NCBI GenBank assembly: GCA_964016885.1
Contig: OZ024742.1
Span: 122,946,001 to 123,010,000, forward strand
Origin: Eledone cirrhosa
Lineage: Eukaryota
Direction of reading: 5' to 3'
DNA length: 64,000 nucleotides
Every line of letters starts with the position of its first letter. Position 1 is the first letter of the stretch. Shown one piece after another: positions 29,249-43,457 of this stretch. A program made the position numbers and the translations under genes. Under the pieces are notes generated by a model that was not told the DNA's origin, did not search any database, and worked only from the letters and a program-made list of their open reading frames with translations.

Positions 29249-29500
29249 AATAATAAAAAGACGATTGGTTTTGTCTTCATTACACTTATTGTCAAGTGAC
29301 GCGGGTTTCCGTATTGATCAGCTGAAGGTTCGATCTGCATCGATCTAGCCCGACTCTAGAATCAAAAGCTCGTCGGACCTCTGCTGTGGTCCGACGAACT
29401 TTTGATGCAGATCAAACCTTCAGCTGATCAATAGCGAAACGCGCGTCACTACTCAATAAACGTAATGAAGACATAACGAATGTTCCTTTTTATTATTATT
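29249..29500. repeat. ~250 bp foldback whose two arms each carry an HHR-like motif (CCGACGA core variant)
   Basis: The arms are reverse-complementary around tctgctgt. Right arm 29386-29452 reads guggu CCGACGA acuuuugau...aucaauagc GAAA CGCGCG UC acuac. Confidence 0.75.
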
Positions 29501-29501
29501 A

Positions 29502-30145
29502 CTAGCACTGGTACCCGGCGTTGTACGGGATAAGGTATTTTGGAACGCGGGCCGCCAACAGACCTAATCGTGGAAAAACTGCATTCCTCGACATTATGTA
29601 AGGAAAATAAAGCGAATACTCTGATGGCTGGATAATCTTTCAGATTTTCCTCGATGAAGAAGGAAAAAATGCAGGTTTTCACCTAATGCGGGCCCTAGGG
29701 GATCAAGAAAATGAATTTTTTATGTGCATAATATGCTTTGAAATTTCGGGAAAATCAGCTAGACGTAACGCCTCAAAAAAGCCATAAAAAGATGAAAAAA
29801 TGAAGTTTTTCACCTAATGCGGACCCTAGACCACAACAAAGTTGGATTTTGTTTGCTAAAGGTATGAAAAAAAGACTGATTAATACATCGTTACAATTTC
29901 AAGGAAATTGGTCTGACGTAACGCCCTAAGACACCCCTAAAAACCTGAAAAAGTTGAATTTTGTATGTGCATAACACTCTCTGAAACATAAGTGTTACAC
30001 ATGTAAAGTTTCAAAAATCGATTGGGTACTTCTCGAGGTTTGGGGATTCAAACTCACACACACACACTGACATCCTCAGGGAAGTGACGTAATGCAGACA
30101 GTCAGATATACAGACATATATTATAAGGGCGCGACGTTATATGTA
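29502..30145 (-). mobile_element. Non-autonomous Helitron-like element
   Basis: The minus-strand 3' end is CTAG|T at 29502-29505 with a subterminal hairpin cccg...cggg (29514-29529). Internal subrepeats read ttttcacctaatgcgg(g/a)ccctag. The 5' boundary is uncertain. Confidence 0.55.
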
Positions 30146-30551
30146 TGTATCTATCTAAAAAGAGAAAGACTAAGAATTATAGAGGGAGATCGCTAAATCG
30201 CCTAATGCGGTCCCTAGGACAATGACAATTTGAAATTTCCCCTCCCCCTGAATTACTGCCCTTGTGATTTTACTAGAAATCATGGTTATGCCTGTGCGTA
30301 AACATTGTGGTTTTATGTTTCTTTTCCTTTCAGTAAGTCTGCGTGTTTCCTTGTAGTGTTTTCTATTAGTGGTTTGAATCGTCATTACTCTATGATTTAT
30401 ATATAAACAATCAATATTATTCTGTCCCGAGTGATCCGGTCAAAGAAATGTAAGTTATTTTAGGAAAAAGAGCTCGTATTTAAGAGTAAATTAGACGAAA
30501 TTATTTTGTGATACGTTGGAACGTATAAAGAGAAATGTGGTTTCAAAGTTT

Positions 30552-30612
<61 letters not shown>

Positions 30613-31069
30613 GCACATACACAATCGCGCACGCACATACACACACACACATATATATGTCTAGGTTTTTATGTGTGAATTCGGAGCATTAAATATATTC
30701 TCTCGCGTAGAATTTGACTACATTTTATTATTCTTTATTATCAATCGCATAAATCAATTAAAAATCTGATGGTAGAATAAATAAATATACGCAAGTTGTG
30801 GCAAATAGATGTTATCTGTTCATATAGGTGCGTTGAGCTTTGGTTTCTTCACGCCAACATGTGGAACTATTTTTCTGGTTAACTTCAGTTCCACTATTCG
30901 AGAAGGTGTGTGCATGTGGAAGTGAAGTCTTTCGTACTGTTAATCCAATCAACAGCGATCAGGTGTTAGTTTAGTATATAATTGTTTATAAAATGTTTTG
31001 TTTTGTTATATTCAAATATTTTCTGTAGAAATGAGAAAAAAACATATCTTATTATTATTTGTTAACAGA

Positions 31070-31260
31070 AAAGCGGCGGATTAGTAGTATCCGGACGATA
31101 TTTTGCGGTATATAGTGACGTCCCTTTACTTTCTGAGCCGAGTTTAGCTTCGACTTCCATATTTACGGGGCCAAAGTCGCACTGTTGTCGATTTAATCGA
31201 CTTTCCCACCCGCCTAAATTGATAACCTTGTATCAAAATCAGAAACCGTTATTATTTTTT
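31070..31260 (+). mobile_element. tRNA-derived SINE (family B), decayed
   Basis: Shares head, central (gactttgcctttcatcc-like) and tail (gtcgatttaatcgact...ccttgt) segments with copies at ~31430-31580, 35455-35640, 38200-38340, 43460-43620, 46090-46230 and 49295-49510. Confidence 0.65.
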
Positions 31261-31680
31261 GCAGAAAATAACTTTTCTTCTGTTATTATGGCATTCGGTA
31301 CTGAAATCAGAAAGATGATGATGGTGTTGATGATGTTGAGAAAGTATTAAGTGGATTGTGTGGAGAATATTTCATGATATTTATTAAGCTAGAAGTGAGA
31401 AGAATATCCCCGAAGAATTATAATAATACTTTCTAGTATTTGCACGAGGCCAGCAATTTAGGAGAAGGGAAATTTGTTCGCGGTGGGTGTTGAACTCAGA
31501 TTGTCAGAATGTAGTGAGTTGTACATAAATACATCAAAGCATTTCGTTCAATGCCTTAACAACTATGCCAACCCATGCCCTCTCCCTCTTCGTAGAATTT
31601 TAACCATAAACCATTTCATAGTATTGTACAATATTTATTTCAGTTGACATCTGCATTAAATATGTTAAATCATATATACA

Positions 31681-31685
<5 letters not shown>

Positions 31686-31770
<85 letters not shown>
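31686..31770. repeat. (CT)n microsatellite
   Basis: Direct sequence. Confidence 0.97.
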
Positions 31771-31772
<2 letters not shown>

Positions 31773-33930
31773 TTCTCAATCTCTGTATCTCTCCCTCACA
31801 CAAATGCACATATATATATACAATATTATATGTATAATATATATATGTATACTTTATATATATATATATATATATATATAATTACATATACATACATACA
31901 CATATACATATATATGTATGTGTATGTGAAGGGTGTGTGTGTGTGTGTGTACGTGTGTAAGTGTGTGTACTCGGGCGGCATTTGGATCATTAACCGTTAA
32001 AACCTTTACCGCTATTGAATCTTCGTGCTGGCGCCATCACATGAATCTTTTGGCTCGTTGTTACTAGTGTTGAACCAGAACAATTGACCACATGAAAATT
32101 CATGTTTCTCTAAACATAACACTAATACAAATATAATTGAATTGTTTCATTGCTAAATTCACCGAAGCAAAATCTACCAGGTGTGACCGTAACAGTTCTA
32201 ACGGAAAAATAGAATGTTCCCTTCCCTATATCAATGGAAATAATTCCTTTAGCATAAAGGGATAATATCAAATTTAGAATGCAGTGTTATAATGTGTTGA
32301 GTTATTCGTTGTGTGCGTTGATCAACAGTAACCACTCATGAGCTTCGTTTTGGTACCACAAACCTATTTCTTGCAGCTGAAAAGCACACACACACCTTCA
32401 CACACTGACAGTCAGATATATACAAATGTATCTATCTATTTCTCTATTTATGTGTCTGTGTTTGTGCCCACCTGCTGTCAATGCCATCGTGCAGGGGAAT
32501 CGTATTATTCAAATTTTGTTTGTGTTGCAGTGTTGTAATAGGAAATAAAGTGTTTAGGATCCCTGTTGTGGGAAAGAGATACATGGTGGACCGCAAGTTA
32601 AGATTTAGTTGATAGTCAACAAACAAAGTATCATATGTAGTATAAACGAGAATCTACACAATACTTAGGAATGTTCCAAATCGGGTAGAATACAGGTTAT
32701 TAACGAATTTATGGTAAAGTGTACATCGATAGGTTTCCTGTCCTAAAACAATTTATAATGTTCTTTCCACAACCGGTGTTATGGTTATGAAATAGCCCCC
32801 ATCTAAATTCTAAAGTCTGTCTCGAGCCCGGATGCTCATGAGACCGATGTTTATACCGGTTTCCGTGGCGTGACGTGACTGAGAGTACACCACCTCCACC
32901 ATTGCTGGTATTCGTTTTCAACTGAGTATATGAAGCAATGTGGAATGAAGTATTTTGCTCAAGAACACATCCCAATCCATGAATCGAACCCACGGCCTTA
33001 TCGTCATAGGCTCAACACCGTTACATTTAGGCCACTATGTAACATAGTTACATCATAGCCACTATGAGAGGAAGAACAAAAATGGAATGATAATATGATA
33101 GGAATAGTGACGTAATTGAACCGATTATACACTTTGGACACATTTTGTCATTGTTTTACTGAGACGATGTTCTGTTTATGAAGTTAGTTTTTCTTTATAT
33201 AAATCAATTAAGCATAAAACTGATGAGGGTAGAAAGTTGTGTACTATATAGATAATCGTTTTAATCAGTGCTTTTGGGCTTATGCCCTGGTTTGAGTATG
33301 TTCTATGTTTTACATGTTTGATGAAGCGGAGTTTTCTGCAAAATTAGGAGTTGTACTATAGGGGATATAATGGTATTTCTATTGAGTATTGTAGGAACGC
33401 TATGCTGATTGTGAGGTCTTTATTGGCTACTATTGTGGTGACATTAACATCGTGTGGATGGTTGAACCAGATATTATTTACGGGTGTGGCAGCGGCAGCT
33501 GAGTCATTTATGAGCTGGAATGTCATATATTAATTCTTCGTTGAATACGCTCTAATTTAAGGCATCCTTGAATTAATGGGCAAGCTCGGTAGTTCAGATA
33601 CGAGGAATTCGCAGAGAGATGCTTTTATCCAAATCATTGGTAATCGTTCTGTGGTGATTTGCAATCTTTAAAGCATTTTAAAGGACTTAAAATCACTACA
33701 CAAAATTACCTTACCAGTATTGCTCTCAAAATTGATAACGGAATATTTGACCCTGGGTGTAAACCAATCGAGAGACTGCCCTACATTACAACTCAACAAC
33801 TCTTCGCACAGCAAGGTAACTCACCCAACTGTGAATTAACGCGTATTTCCTAGAAAATAAGGATTTGGCTGAATGTAACAAAGACTATCCAATTACGTTC
33901 CGAGATCACAGTCGAACTGATTTATGCTTG

Positions 33931-34382
33931 ATGTGAGATATTCTGTATTCTAATATGTCTGAATTATGTGAGATATTCTGTATTCTAATATGTCTGAATT
34001 ATGTGAGATATTCTGTATTCTAATATGTCTGAATTATGTGAGATATTCTGTATTCTAATATGTCTGAATTATGTGAGATATTCTGTATTCTAATATGTCT
34101 GAATTATGTGAGATATTCTGTATTCTAATATGTCTGAATTATGTGAGATATTCTGTATTCTAATATGTCTGAATTATGTGAGATATTCTGTATTCTAATA
34201 TGTCTGAATTATGTGAGATATTCTGTATTCTAATGTCTGAATAATGTGAGATATTCTGTATTCTAATATGTCTGAATTATGTGAGATATTCTGTATTCTA
34301 ATATGTCTGAATTATGTGAGATATTCTGTATTCTAATATGTCTGAATAATGTGAGATATTCTGTATTCTAATATGTCTGAAT
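33931..34382. repeat. 35 bp minisatellite, ~13 copies
   Basis: Unit atgtgagatattctgtattctaatatgtctgaatt, with one 33 bp variant. Confidence 0.97.
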
Positions 34383-35565
34383 ATATATACACGGAACAAG
34401 ATTATACGTAAATATTTGAAAGTGTCAATTGATACTCCGAAAGCAAATATTTTCTGTTTATGGAATATAAAGTTTTATTACAGAAAATGAAATACATTGA
34501 TGATCCCCCCCCCCCACACATATAATCATACATACATACACACACACATATACATATATACATGCAAACAAACATACATATATACACACACTCATACACA
34601 CACACATACACATCCTCTCGCTATATATATAGACATATATATATATATGTGTGTGTGTGTGTGCACTCATACGCAGGCATTTAGAGAGAGTGAGAGTGAG
34701 CGAGTGAAAGAGTGAGAGTGGGAATGCGAGAGAGAGGAGGGACGTTAAAAGAAAATATGATTTTATATCTATTGTTAGTTTCCATTGGATGAGGTTTTGG
34801 AAAATAATTTACCACGTCATCTTCGTATTTATTAGCAAAATGATTATCAATAAGTAGGAAAATGAAATGAAACATTCTAAATTCATCTTGACGGAGTTGG
34901 CAAGGAATCATACTTCTAATATATTGATATTCCTGAGTGTAGAGAAATAAATTGATCCAGGAGTTTACAAGATCAATACCCAACAGAACAGGATGTTGCT
35001 TGATTCAATATACTACAATTAGATTTTGCATTAATACTTTAAATAAATGCTGGCGAAAATATATGTTTAGCTTTAAATCTTCAATATGCTAAATATATGA
35101 TTTTTATTTCCATATTTAGAGTTACATTTCCCTTGAATATAATATGATTTACAATTCAGATTCTCATCTTAAAGAAATACTATAGTTTCTAAATTGTATG
35201 TTGTAAATCGTGTGGGCGATATGTTTTAAAACTTGTAACTTTTACACTATAATATATGTTTTCCAGTATTAAAACCGTCTTTCTTGTGTTAAGTTACAGG
35301 TTTAGTCACTTCAAATGGGAATAAAAAAAAAGAGCGTGAACAGTTTGTTACACACACAACAATTTTGAATTTTATTATCTAATTTTTTAATATTTCAACA
35401 AATATCAAAATTAAATTACTACTATTAACATTATGTATATAATTGTATAATAATTGTTTCTACTTTAGGCACAAGGCCAGCAATAACCCAGTGCATTACT
35501 GGTACTTTATTTTATCGACCCCGTAAGGATGAAAGGCAAAGTCAACCTCGGCGGGATTTGAACTC

Positions 35566-35663
35566 AGATCGTAAAGGGACGTAACTATGCTGGAAAGCAT
35601 GGCGTCCGACCCTCTACCGATACTGCCAATCCACCGCCATCATAATTGTATAATAATATCATC

Positions 35664-35740
<77 letters not shown>

Positions 35741-35923
35741 CATCTCTCTCTCTCTATCTCTCTCTTTCTCTTTCTTTCTTTCTTTCTCTTTCTCATGCTT
35801 GAATTATTGTCCTACACCACCCAGATCGTAAAGGGACGTAACTATGCTGGAAAGCATGGCGTCCGACCCTCTACCGATACTGCCAATCCACCGCCATCAT
35901 AATTGTATAATAATATCATCCCA

Positions 35924-36003
<80 letters not shown>

Positions 36004-36085
36004 CATCTCTCTCTCTCTATCTCTCTCTTTCTCTTTCCTTCTTTCTTTCTCTTTCTCATGCTTGAATTATTGTCCTACACCACCC
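35566..36085. repeat. ~257 bp tandem duplication (SINE head fragment + (CT)n)
   Basis: Units start at cagatcgtaaagggac (35566 and 35822). Confidence 0.93.
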
Positions 36086-38675
36086 GTTTCTCTATTACTC
36101 TATTTTCCTCGTTACCATTTACATCCACACATAGTTTGTGGCTCCTTCCATATATCAAACCATATATCTTTATTCGTTCATCTCATTTGATATAGCCTAT
36201 ACAAATTTACGCTGCTAAGTATCTTACATATTACCAGTAACGCTTTAGAACATTTAATATTTTCATCATGTCCACATGTCGTAGTATCTCATTAGTGGAA
36301 TCTGACAGTGTTAATGTATCCCAATGTCATGGTATCACATTGGTAGTGCGTCATATTGTCGCAGTGGCACGATATATATTTTAATTTTGAATCATGTTGT
36401 AGACTGAGATAGTAGAGCGTCGCGGTTACTTTAATAAGTAGATAAACAATTTAGTTTAAATGCTTTAACAAGTATGTAAACAAACGAACGCTAGAGTTGC
36501 TAGAAATAGCAAACAAATTGCTTCAAATCACACCATAAATTCTTAAAGGAAGGAGAACACTTTGGACAATATAGACTTAGACACAAAATCTTATTAAAAG
36601 CTGGAAAGTAATTGATCTTAAATGTGTTCGATCAAAGCTGACTGTATATACATGACAGCAGCATCTCCGAGTGCAGATATAAAAATTATGAATGCCATTA
36701 AATTGCTTCCGTTTAGATACAGGAAGTTGATATTTCCTGAGCGGTTGAAATACAATAAACTTACTTAACCGTCATTTGTTTCTTAATGGTTTAAGAAACA
36801 CTCAATTGCAGGCATATTTCCAGAATCCTCGTGTTAGTATTAGCCCTAGATGAACTGTGATTCAGTAGACCTATACTTATAGCCTTTCTTCGTCATACGC
36901 GATTATGTTATTAACTTAGTTCTTAACCAAATCAAGACAATTGCGTGGGAATTTGAAGATTGTTATTTGTAAAAGTTTTCATGGTTGTATTATCGTTTGT
37001 TGAGCAGTTTAATCGTATCTTTAATAACTGCAACTATTCTTTCTTATGACTGTCAACGAAGCCCAATTTCAAGCCAGCTAGTATAGAGCCTTATTCTTTT
37101 CTTATTTTGATTTTATTTAAAAATGTTCAGTAAATTCATCTGAGGCTAGTCAAAATGGAATTGAGCTACCCTCCAACTGAATATCTGACTTTAGTGTGAA
37201 CTCCGCTAGAGGGCCGCAAGGACCACTCAGTGGCGTTACAAATGATAACAACATGAATGTAATAACAAAGGCCAAAGATCGAAAGAAATATGGCAAGAAG
37301 TATCGGAATACGCTCTAATGATTGCTGTCAATTCATTGCCCATTGACATGAAGAAAGGCAAAGCGGACATTATCATGATAGTATTTAAGAGCTCAGAGGT
37401 CAACAAACCAACATTAAAAGAAAAAGCTCGGGTTGAGATGAACTAGCATAGTGGTAGCGCGGAAACTTGATAAAATATATATGACTTCTAAGGTATCTAC
37501 GATTAATTCTATACTAAATATTCAATTTTTGTATCTGAATCTGTGTCAATTACTTATTTCTTGGTGGAATTTATTAGTTCAGTAACATGAACCTTAGTTT
37601 GACATTTAACGATGAAATTATGATGAAGTTTCTATCACTAACAATATTGTTTGTAATCACTCTCCTATTAACAAAGTGTTCTTTTTTTTCAAAAGCTTTC
37701 TCAATATGATATGAACTGTGAGGCATCTATTCGCCCAACCATATAACTATAAATACGTCAGCTTATAGAATATTCTAGATTTAATATAGTCGTATATTTC
37801 ACCCATTGCAATTCTAGTGAAAAATGTTTCATTGGTTCAGAATAGTAACACATTACGTACAACGCAAATGGAAATATAATAACGAGAAATATTGGATTGT
37901 GAAGAATGGAAATTGTCTGATTAACATATATCCATATTGATAATAGTACAAAATGCATTCTCTATTTATCAATATCGTACATCATTTTGCTTTTTCGTAA
38001 AGAAAAATGTACGCTAATGAAACATTAGATTGAATAATATATAGGTACACTCCTGCTGGAAATGTAGGGGTAACATATTGATATTTTAAAGTTGTTCGAA
38101 CCCGTCTCCTCGTAAGGTCTGAAAATACGATTCATTCCAGTGTAGGAGAGAAAATAATAAAGAAGGGGTGTGAATGATATATTGACGCGAATCTTCGCCA
38201 ATACTGAACTGGTTCTTTTTTATCGACCGAGAAATGATAAAAAAGCAATGTTGACCTAGATGGGTTTTGAACACAGAACGCACAGATAAGGACCATGTGC
38301 TACAAATCATTCTATCCGAGGTTCTATGAACTCTGTCGTTTCGACACATTCTACATCGGTACACTATAAATTATATTAAGTATATAGTGCATATATGTTA
38401 ATAACATGAAATATTGACTATTAGAGATGCTCACTTCTTAGGAAATCAGAATATATTGAAAATTGCTTATCTTTCGTTACAATATTATACGGGCATATTC
38501 TTATAAGAATTCTTTTATGCTCAATGGCATTGTAAGGAATGCGGCATGAAATATTCTGTAATATGACCTATTATCATTAAAAATATATTTGAAGTTAAGC
38601 GGTGAAACTTGCTGGTGTTCCTGCTGTTTAGATCAAACTGCCGTTATTATCTCTTCATGTTTTAAGAAATATAAA

Positions 38676-38758
<83 letters not shown>

Positions 38759-39222
38759 TATATATATATATATGAATATACAGAGAGAGAGAAAGAGAAA
38801 GAGATAGAGAGGGGGAAGGAAGTGTCAGAGGGAGAGAGATAACTATTTTGTTGAATCCCTCCTTCATTTTATAGAGTGTGATTTAAGAAGGGTTTGATTG
38901 TTATTTCTAACTAGTCGATAAACAATGTAAGTTATTCCACAAGGCATTCAATATTGTTTCGAGAATTCTATATGTACACACACTCCCTCTCTCTCTCTCA
39001 CACACACACACATACACACACATATATATATATATATATACATATATAACCCTCAAGCTTTTATATAAATTATATATTGTTAGGAAAGTATGTGTGCGCA
39101 CAAACCCACCTACACACATACACAAGCACATATATTTATATATATATATATGTGTGTATGTGAGTAAATATATACGTATATATTTGTATGTGTATGTACA
39201 TATATGTGTGCGTATATGGGTA

Positions 39223-39254
<32 letters not shown>

Positions 39255-40215
39255 ATGAATCCGTGCAACATCAAATATTAAAAGAGGATATGTAATCTGC
39301 ATCTGATAGTTATAGTTTTCAAAGCAGGAGAATCCTGTGGTCTTTATCTTTTGGGTAGGTAACAATAATTATAGGCACCAATAATTATATAATTATAGAT
39401 AATTATACATCATTTTATGCAATTGTAATTATATTATATTTCTAGCAGTTGCTTGTTAAATGTTTCCTGCAGTGAAGACTCGTACTCTCCACCCTCTTCT
39501 ATAATAAGGGTGTTATTTTAATTAATTCTTCTTTCTTGGCTCACAATATTAAGTTTGCTAGCACCGACATTTACGATGAGAATATTCTGTTTCGAACATG
39601 GACTATGTGTAGTGTCACAGATGAAATATAATCCATTGAGCCTTCAATTAGCAAGCTACTAACAATTATTATATTTATTTATTTGAACAAGTTCAGCTCG
39701 GATAGATGACTGTACAGCACTGAAGTTTACGATTACACAATGACTTTAACCACTTCAATTTTATAGAACGAAAAAAAAAAGGGTAGGCGCGTGGCTTAGT
39801 GTTTAGTGTATTAGATTCTCAACCATCAGGTTACAAGTTCGATTCCAGGACCGAGTGATGTGTTATGTCCTTGAACAAAGCACTTTATTTCACATTTCTC
39901 CTTCTGTCAAGAGTTGCAAACGGAGCATATCAATTTATGAGCAATGGAAACATTGTTTTCTTGGTTCGATTAGACACGTTCCATCCCACAAGGTAAGCGA
40001 ATGGGGGATCTTGTCGATCAAACTAATATATATATTAATAAATATATACAATATGTAGTAAAGATAACACACCAGAGAGAGATATAGTGCGCCATCAGTC
40101 AAACATGGAAAAACCATCAGTATATGGAATCTATAGCACATGGAAGGCAAAGTAGACACACAATAATTAAAAGTATAAGTCAAAGTGTAAATACGTACCT
40201 TGATAACTATCTAAC

Positions 40216-40296
40216 ACACACGTACAACCAACAGGATCTGTTTCACCAACTAATTTGTTGACAGAAATGATTAGCCTATGGTTCAGCAGCGTGTGT
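40216..40296 (-). ncRNA. Hammerhead copy with core mutation (CUGCUGA) and shortened stem III
   Basis: Inverted copy of 40553-40635 with A6>C and a 2-nt deletion in stem III. Confidence 0.7.
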
Positions 40297-40552
40297 AAGG
40301 CTATATATTTCAGTCAACACTAAAAGAATCTAAAGCGACCGTCCAGCCACACGTGGTAGAGAGAAATTCACAGCGTACCTAGGGCAGCAACCAGTGGACT
40401 CTGAGGGATGAGCTGCTAGAAAGGGCAGCCCAAACCACTCAGAGAAGTGTGCTCAACCAAACGGAGTGTGAAGATACTATTATAAGAAGCGAAATATATT
40501 GGCTGGACGATCGCTTTAGATTATTTTAATGTTGTCTGAAATGTGTAGCCTT

Positions 40553-40635
40553 ACACACGCTGATGAACCATAGGCTAATCATTTCTGTCAACAAATTAGT
40601 TGGTGAAACAGATCCTGTTGGATTTGTACGTGTGT
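40553..40635 (+). ncRNA. Core-intact type I hammerhead ribozyme, predicted cleavage after GUA (40628)
   Basis: ACACACG CUGAUGA ACCA..CUAAU..AUUAG.UGGU GAAA CAGAUCC uguu GGAUUUG UA CGUGUGU. All core bases and three stems are present. Confidence 0.9.
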
Positions 40636-43457
40636 GTTAGATAGTTATGAAGGTTCGTATTTGCACTTTGACTTATACTTTTAATTATTGTCTGTCTATT
40701 TTGCCTTCCATGGGCTATAGATTACATGCACTGGTGGTTTCTCCCTGTTTCACTGATGGCGCACTATATCTCTCTCTGGTGTGTTTTCTTATAAAGGGCT
40801 CGGGATTCCTTCTCCTTTGAGCACATTAATGACAGGGAATAACGAGAGTCTGTGGCTCCGTTAATTTATCGTTAATACACATATATATATATATATAATC
40901 CATTTATCATATTGACCAACCAATTTTGCCACAGAGCGGATTATGGTAAATGTTTCCAAGCAGCAGCTGTTTGTATTAAAACTTGTGACAGATTAAGTCT
41001 ACTAGCTAAATAGAGCTTGAAATTAAGATGTAAGAAACCGGAACCACTACCGCAAGGCATCTCGCCTGATACTTTAAACGTTCCACCAATCAACCACCTT
41101 AATTTTTATCAATATGTTATCTACCTCGAAATGAAGAAAAATTTGAACTGTAGACGCTGGAAGCAATACGCCATAGTATTTTGTCATGTGTTCACCTCCC
41201 ATAGCAAATTTTGCTGCCTACAGTCAATTTTCGCTTTATAATCAACCTGCCGCTGATTTAAAGTTTACATGTGCCTTATAGAAATGTTATATTTCTTTTA
41301 ATAAACATGTCTGCTTGTACGTTTGTATTTTTTAAATTTGATTTGAATTTATTTGCTCACCATAGTCATTTTATTTGCTTAATCTCTTCTTTTTTTAATC
41401 TCTTCTTAGTCTCACCGTCTCCCCCCTCCTCTCTATCTCTATCTCTCTCTCTCTCTATCTTTATTTCTCACACACTCGTTCTCCCTCTCTTTCTTTCTTT
41501 CAGACTTCTCACCAGAATTTACACAATGTATTTAGTTTCACGACCTTCTGCTGAATAATTAACCTTTCTATTCATTTTTCGATCCTGTTTTTAACATTCT
41601 AGAAATTCTTTTCTACTTAGCGATTTCACCCAAATACATTGCACCCGTAATTAAGTCTAAGCGTTCTACTTTACTAATCACAATCAATGATCTCATTCAT
41701 TTCTTTCTGAAAAGGCTTCATTAGAACAGAAAATCTGATGTTTCTTCTGAAAATAACAAATCCTTACAGTGCTCTACTAACAATCTCTTTCCCTCTTGTC
41801 ACAAATTTTCCACATAGTCTTCTAATTCTATTTCATACCAGTTTGATATAACATTTAATGAAGAATAGAAATTAGTTAAAGTGAATTATTACATTTAGCT
41901 CACTAGAAGACGCTTATACAATACTTCCATATTAATTCTTACCTCCTTCATTTCACACATTTAATAGATTAAGTTAACTGTAAAATATTTTATGTTATGT
42001 ATATATATATATATATATGTGTGTGGGGGGGGTGTAAGTATGTGTGTGGGTCTGTGTGTGCATGTGTGTGTGAGAGCGTGTGTGTGCGTGTGTCTGTATA
42101 AAAATGCATCTTGACAACGTTTAGGCGAATTACGACTTGAATATTAAGCTATCTTATAGATAACGGCTTCAACTCATGTTTTTTTACTATGAATAATAGT
42201 CGAATATCTTGGACATAAATCTAATGGAAGTACAATCGAACGGTATTCAGCCGTTATGAGGTCTAATCACACGCGTGACTCTTTCCACTTTTACCCTCTC
42301 CAGGGGCTTTTATACCCAACTAGGTTTTCAGTAACTCCACGAGAGGTGGGAGGAAGTTATTCCGCACCGGATATCTGGTCTACATAAATGTTATAAAGCA
42401 AACATTGCTAAAGTCAGACAATGGTCAGTTGATTGTACGACAAAGGACAGCGGATTAAGGTTTGCCAGTCAAATATATATCTTTATAAATAAGTATATAA
42501 AGGCACACTCTAGTGTGCCTTTCGCTGACACGCATTGGTAAAAGATATTAACACCAGCCACAAAAGAAAATCCTCGGAAATTTTGAAAGGATGGCCTTTC
42601 AGATATTTGTTCAATACTATGTTGCAAACATTCTCTTGCCTCTCTCATTCTGTCAGGTGTACAATGTGTTACTGGCCAACAGAAAACATTTAACAAATGG
42701 CGTTATCGATATCAAATTAAAATATAAAACCATTGAGTAAATAACTAGAAAAATACATTTCCTTATTGTATAATCCAAATAAAAAGAATCATTCAGACAC
42801 AGTATTCAGATCTACATATTATAATACAGATGATGATGCTGTAGGGGAGTAAATAGTACGAACTTTGGAAATCTTATTCCCGTTAGAACTGAATCATAGC
42901 CAAATAAACTGGTTATGTTTTTATATGTTCTTTTTGCCATAAAGTGATAAAATAAAGTAGGCAGTGGGATGTGGATTCTCCGATGAAGAAATTAAAGTGA
43001 ATTCTCAACGATTTGAACTCCCAACACAGAGAAGGGGAACAAATATCTCAAAAAATTCTATCCGATCAGCTATCCCCGCTGTTATTTTGCTGCCTCGCTT
43101 GGTGTATTCTTTCGTCCCTGAAGACCTTCTGTTGTTCAGCTCTCCCGAGAGTTGCTTACCACATATAATCCATTGGGAGTCTGTTGATGTCTCCTTTGGC
43201 ACTTATCCTCAAAAACACTGGTAAGATTTAATTAGGATTTTTAGAATACAGTTAAGGGATTATAAAGAATCTTTTTGCGATCTGAAATGTTAAATTGGTA
43301 ACCAACTTTAACTCACGCTTAATATTTTCAGCCATATAAGACCTTAAGGGAATAAAACTTGTTAAAATAGATTATTCGAAAATAATTGATGCCCACAATA
43401 TACGGTACAGTTCATAATTATTTCAAAGTGAGTGGAATAAGTCGTATGTGATATAAT

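Larger units (their letters stand above)
40061..40880. mobile_element. Non-coding PLE-type element: ~290 bp inverted arms (40061-40349 / 40500-40790), 150 bp spacer, ~90 bp tail
   Basis: The arms are reverse complements and each contains a hammerhead. The element is bounded by TA-rich DNA. Confidence 0.8.

Noticed and set aside
33218-33245. CUGAUGA-gggta-GAAA
   Set aside because: No stem II can form.
33931-34382. 35 bp repeat as a CRISPR array
   Set aside because: The units are contiguous with no unique spacers, there are no cas genes, and the context is eukaryotic.
39785-39860. tRNA gene
   Set aside because: The A/B boxes continue into a SINE body and there is no cloverleaf. The same applies to the other SINE heads.
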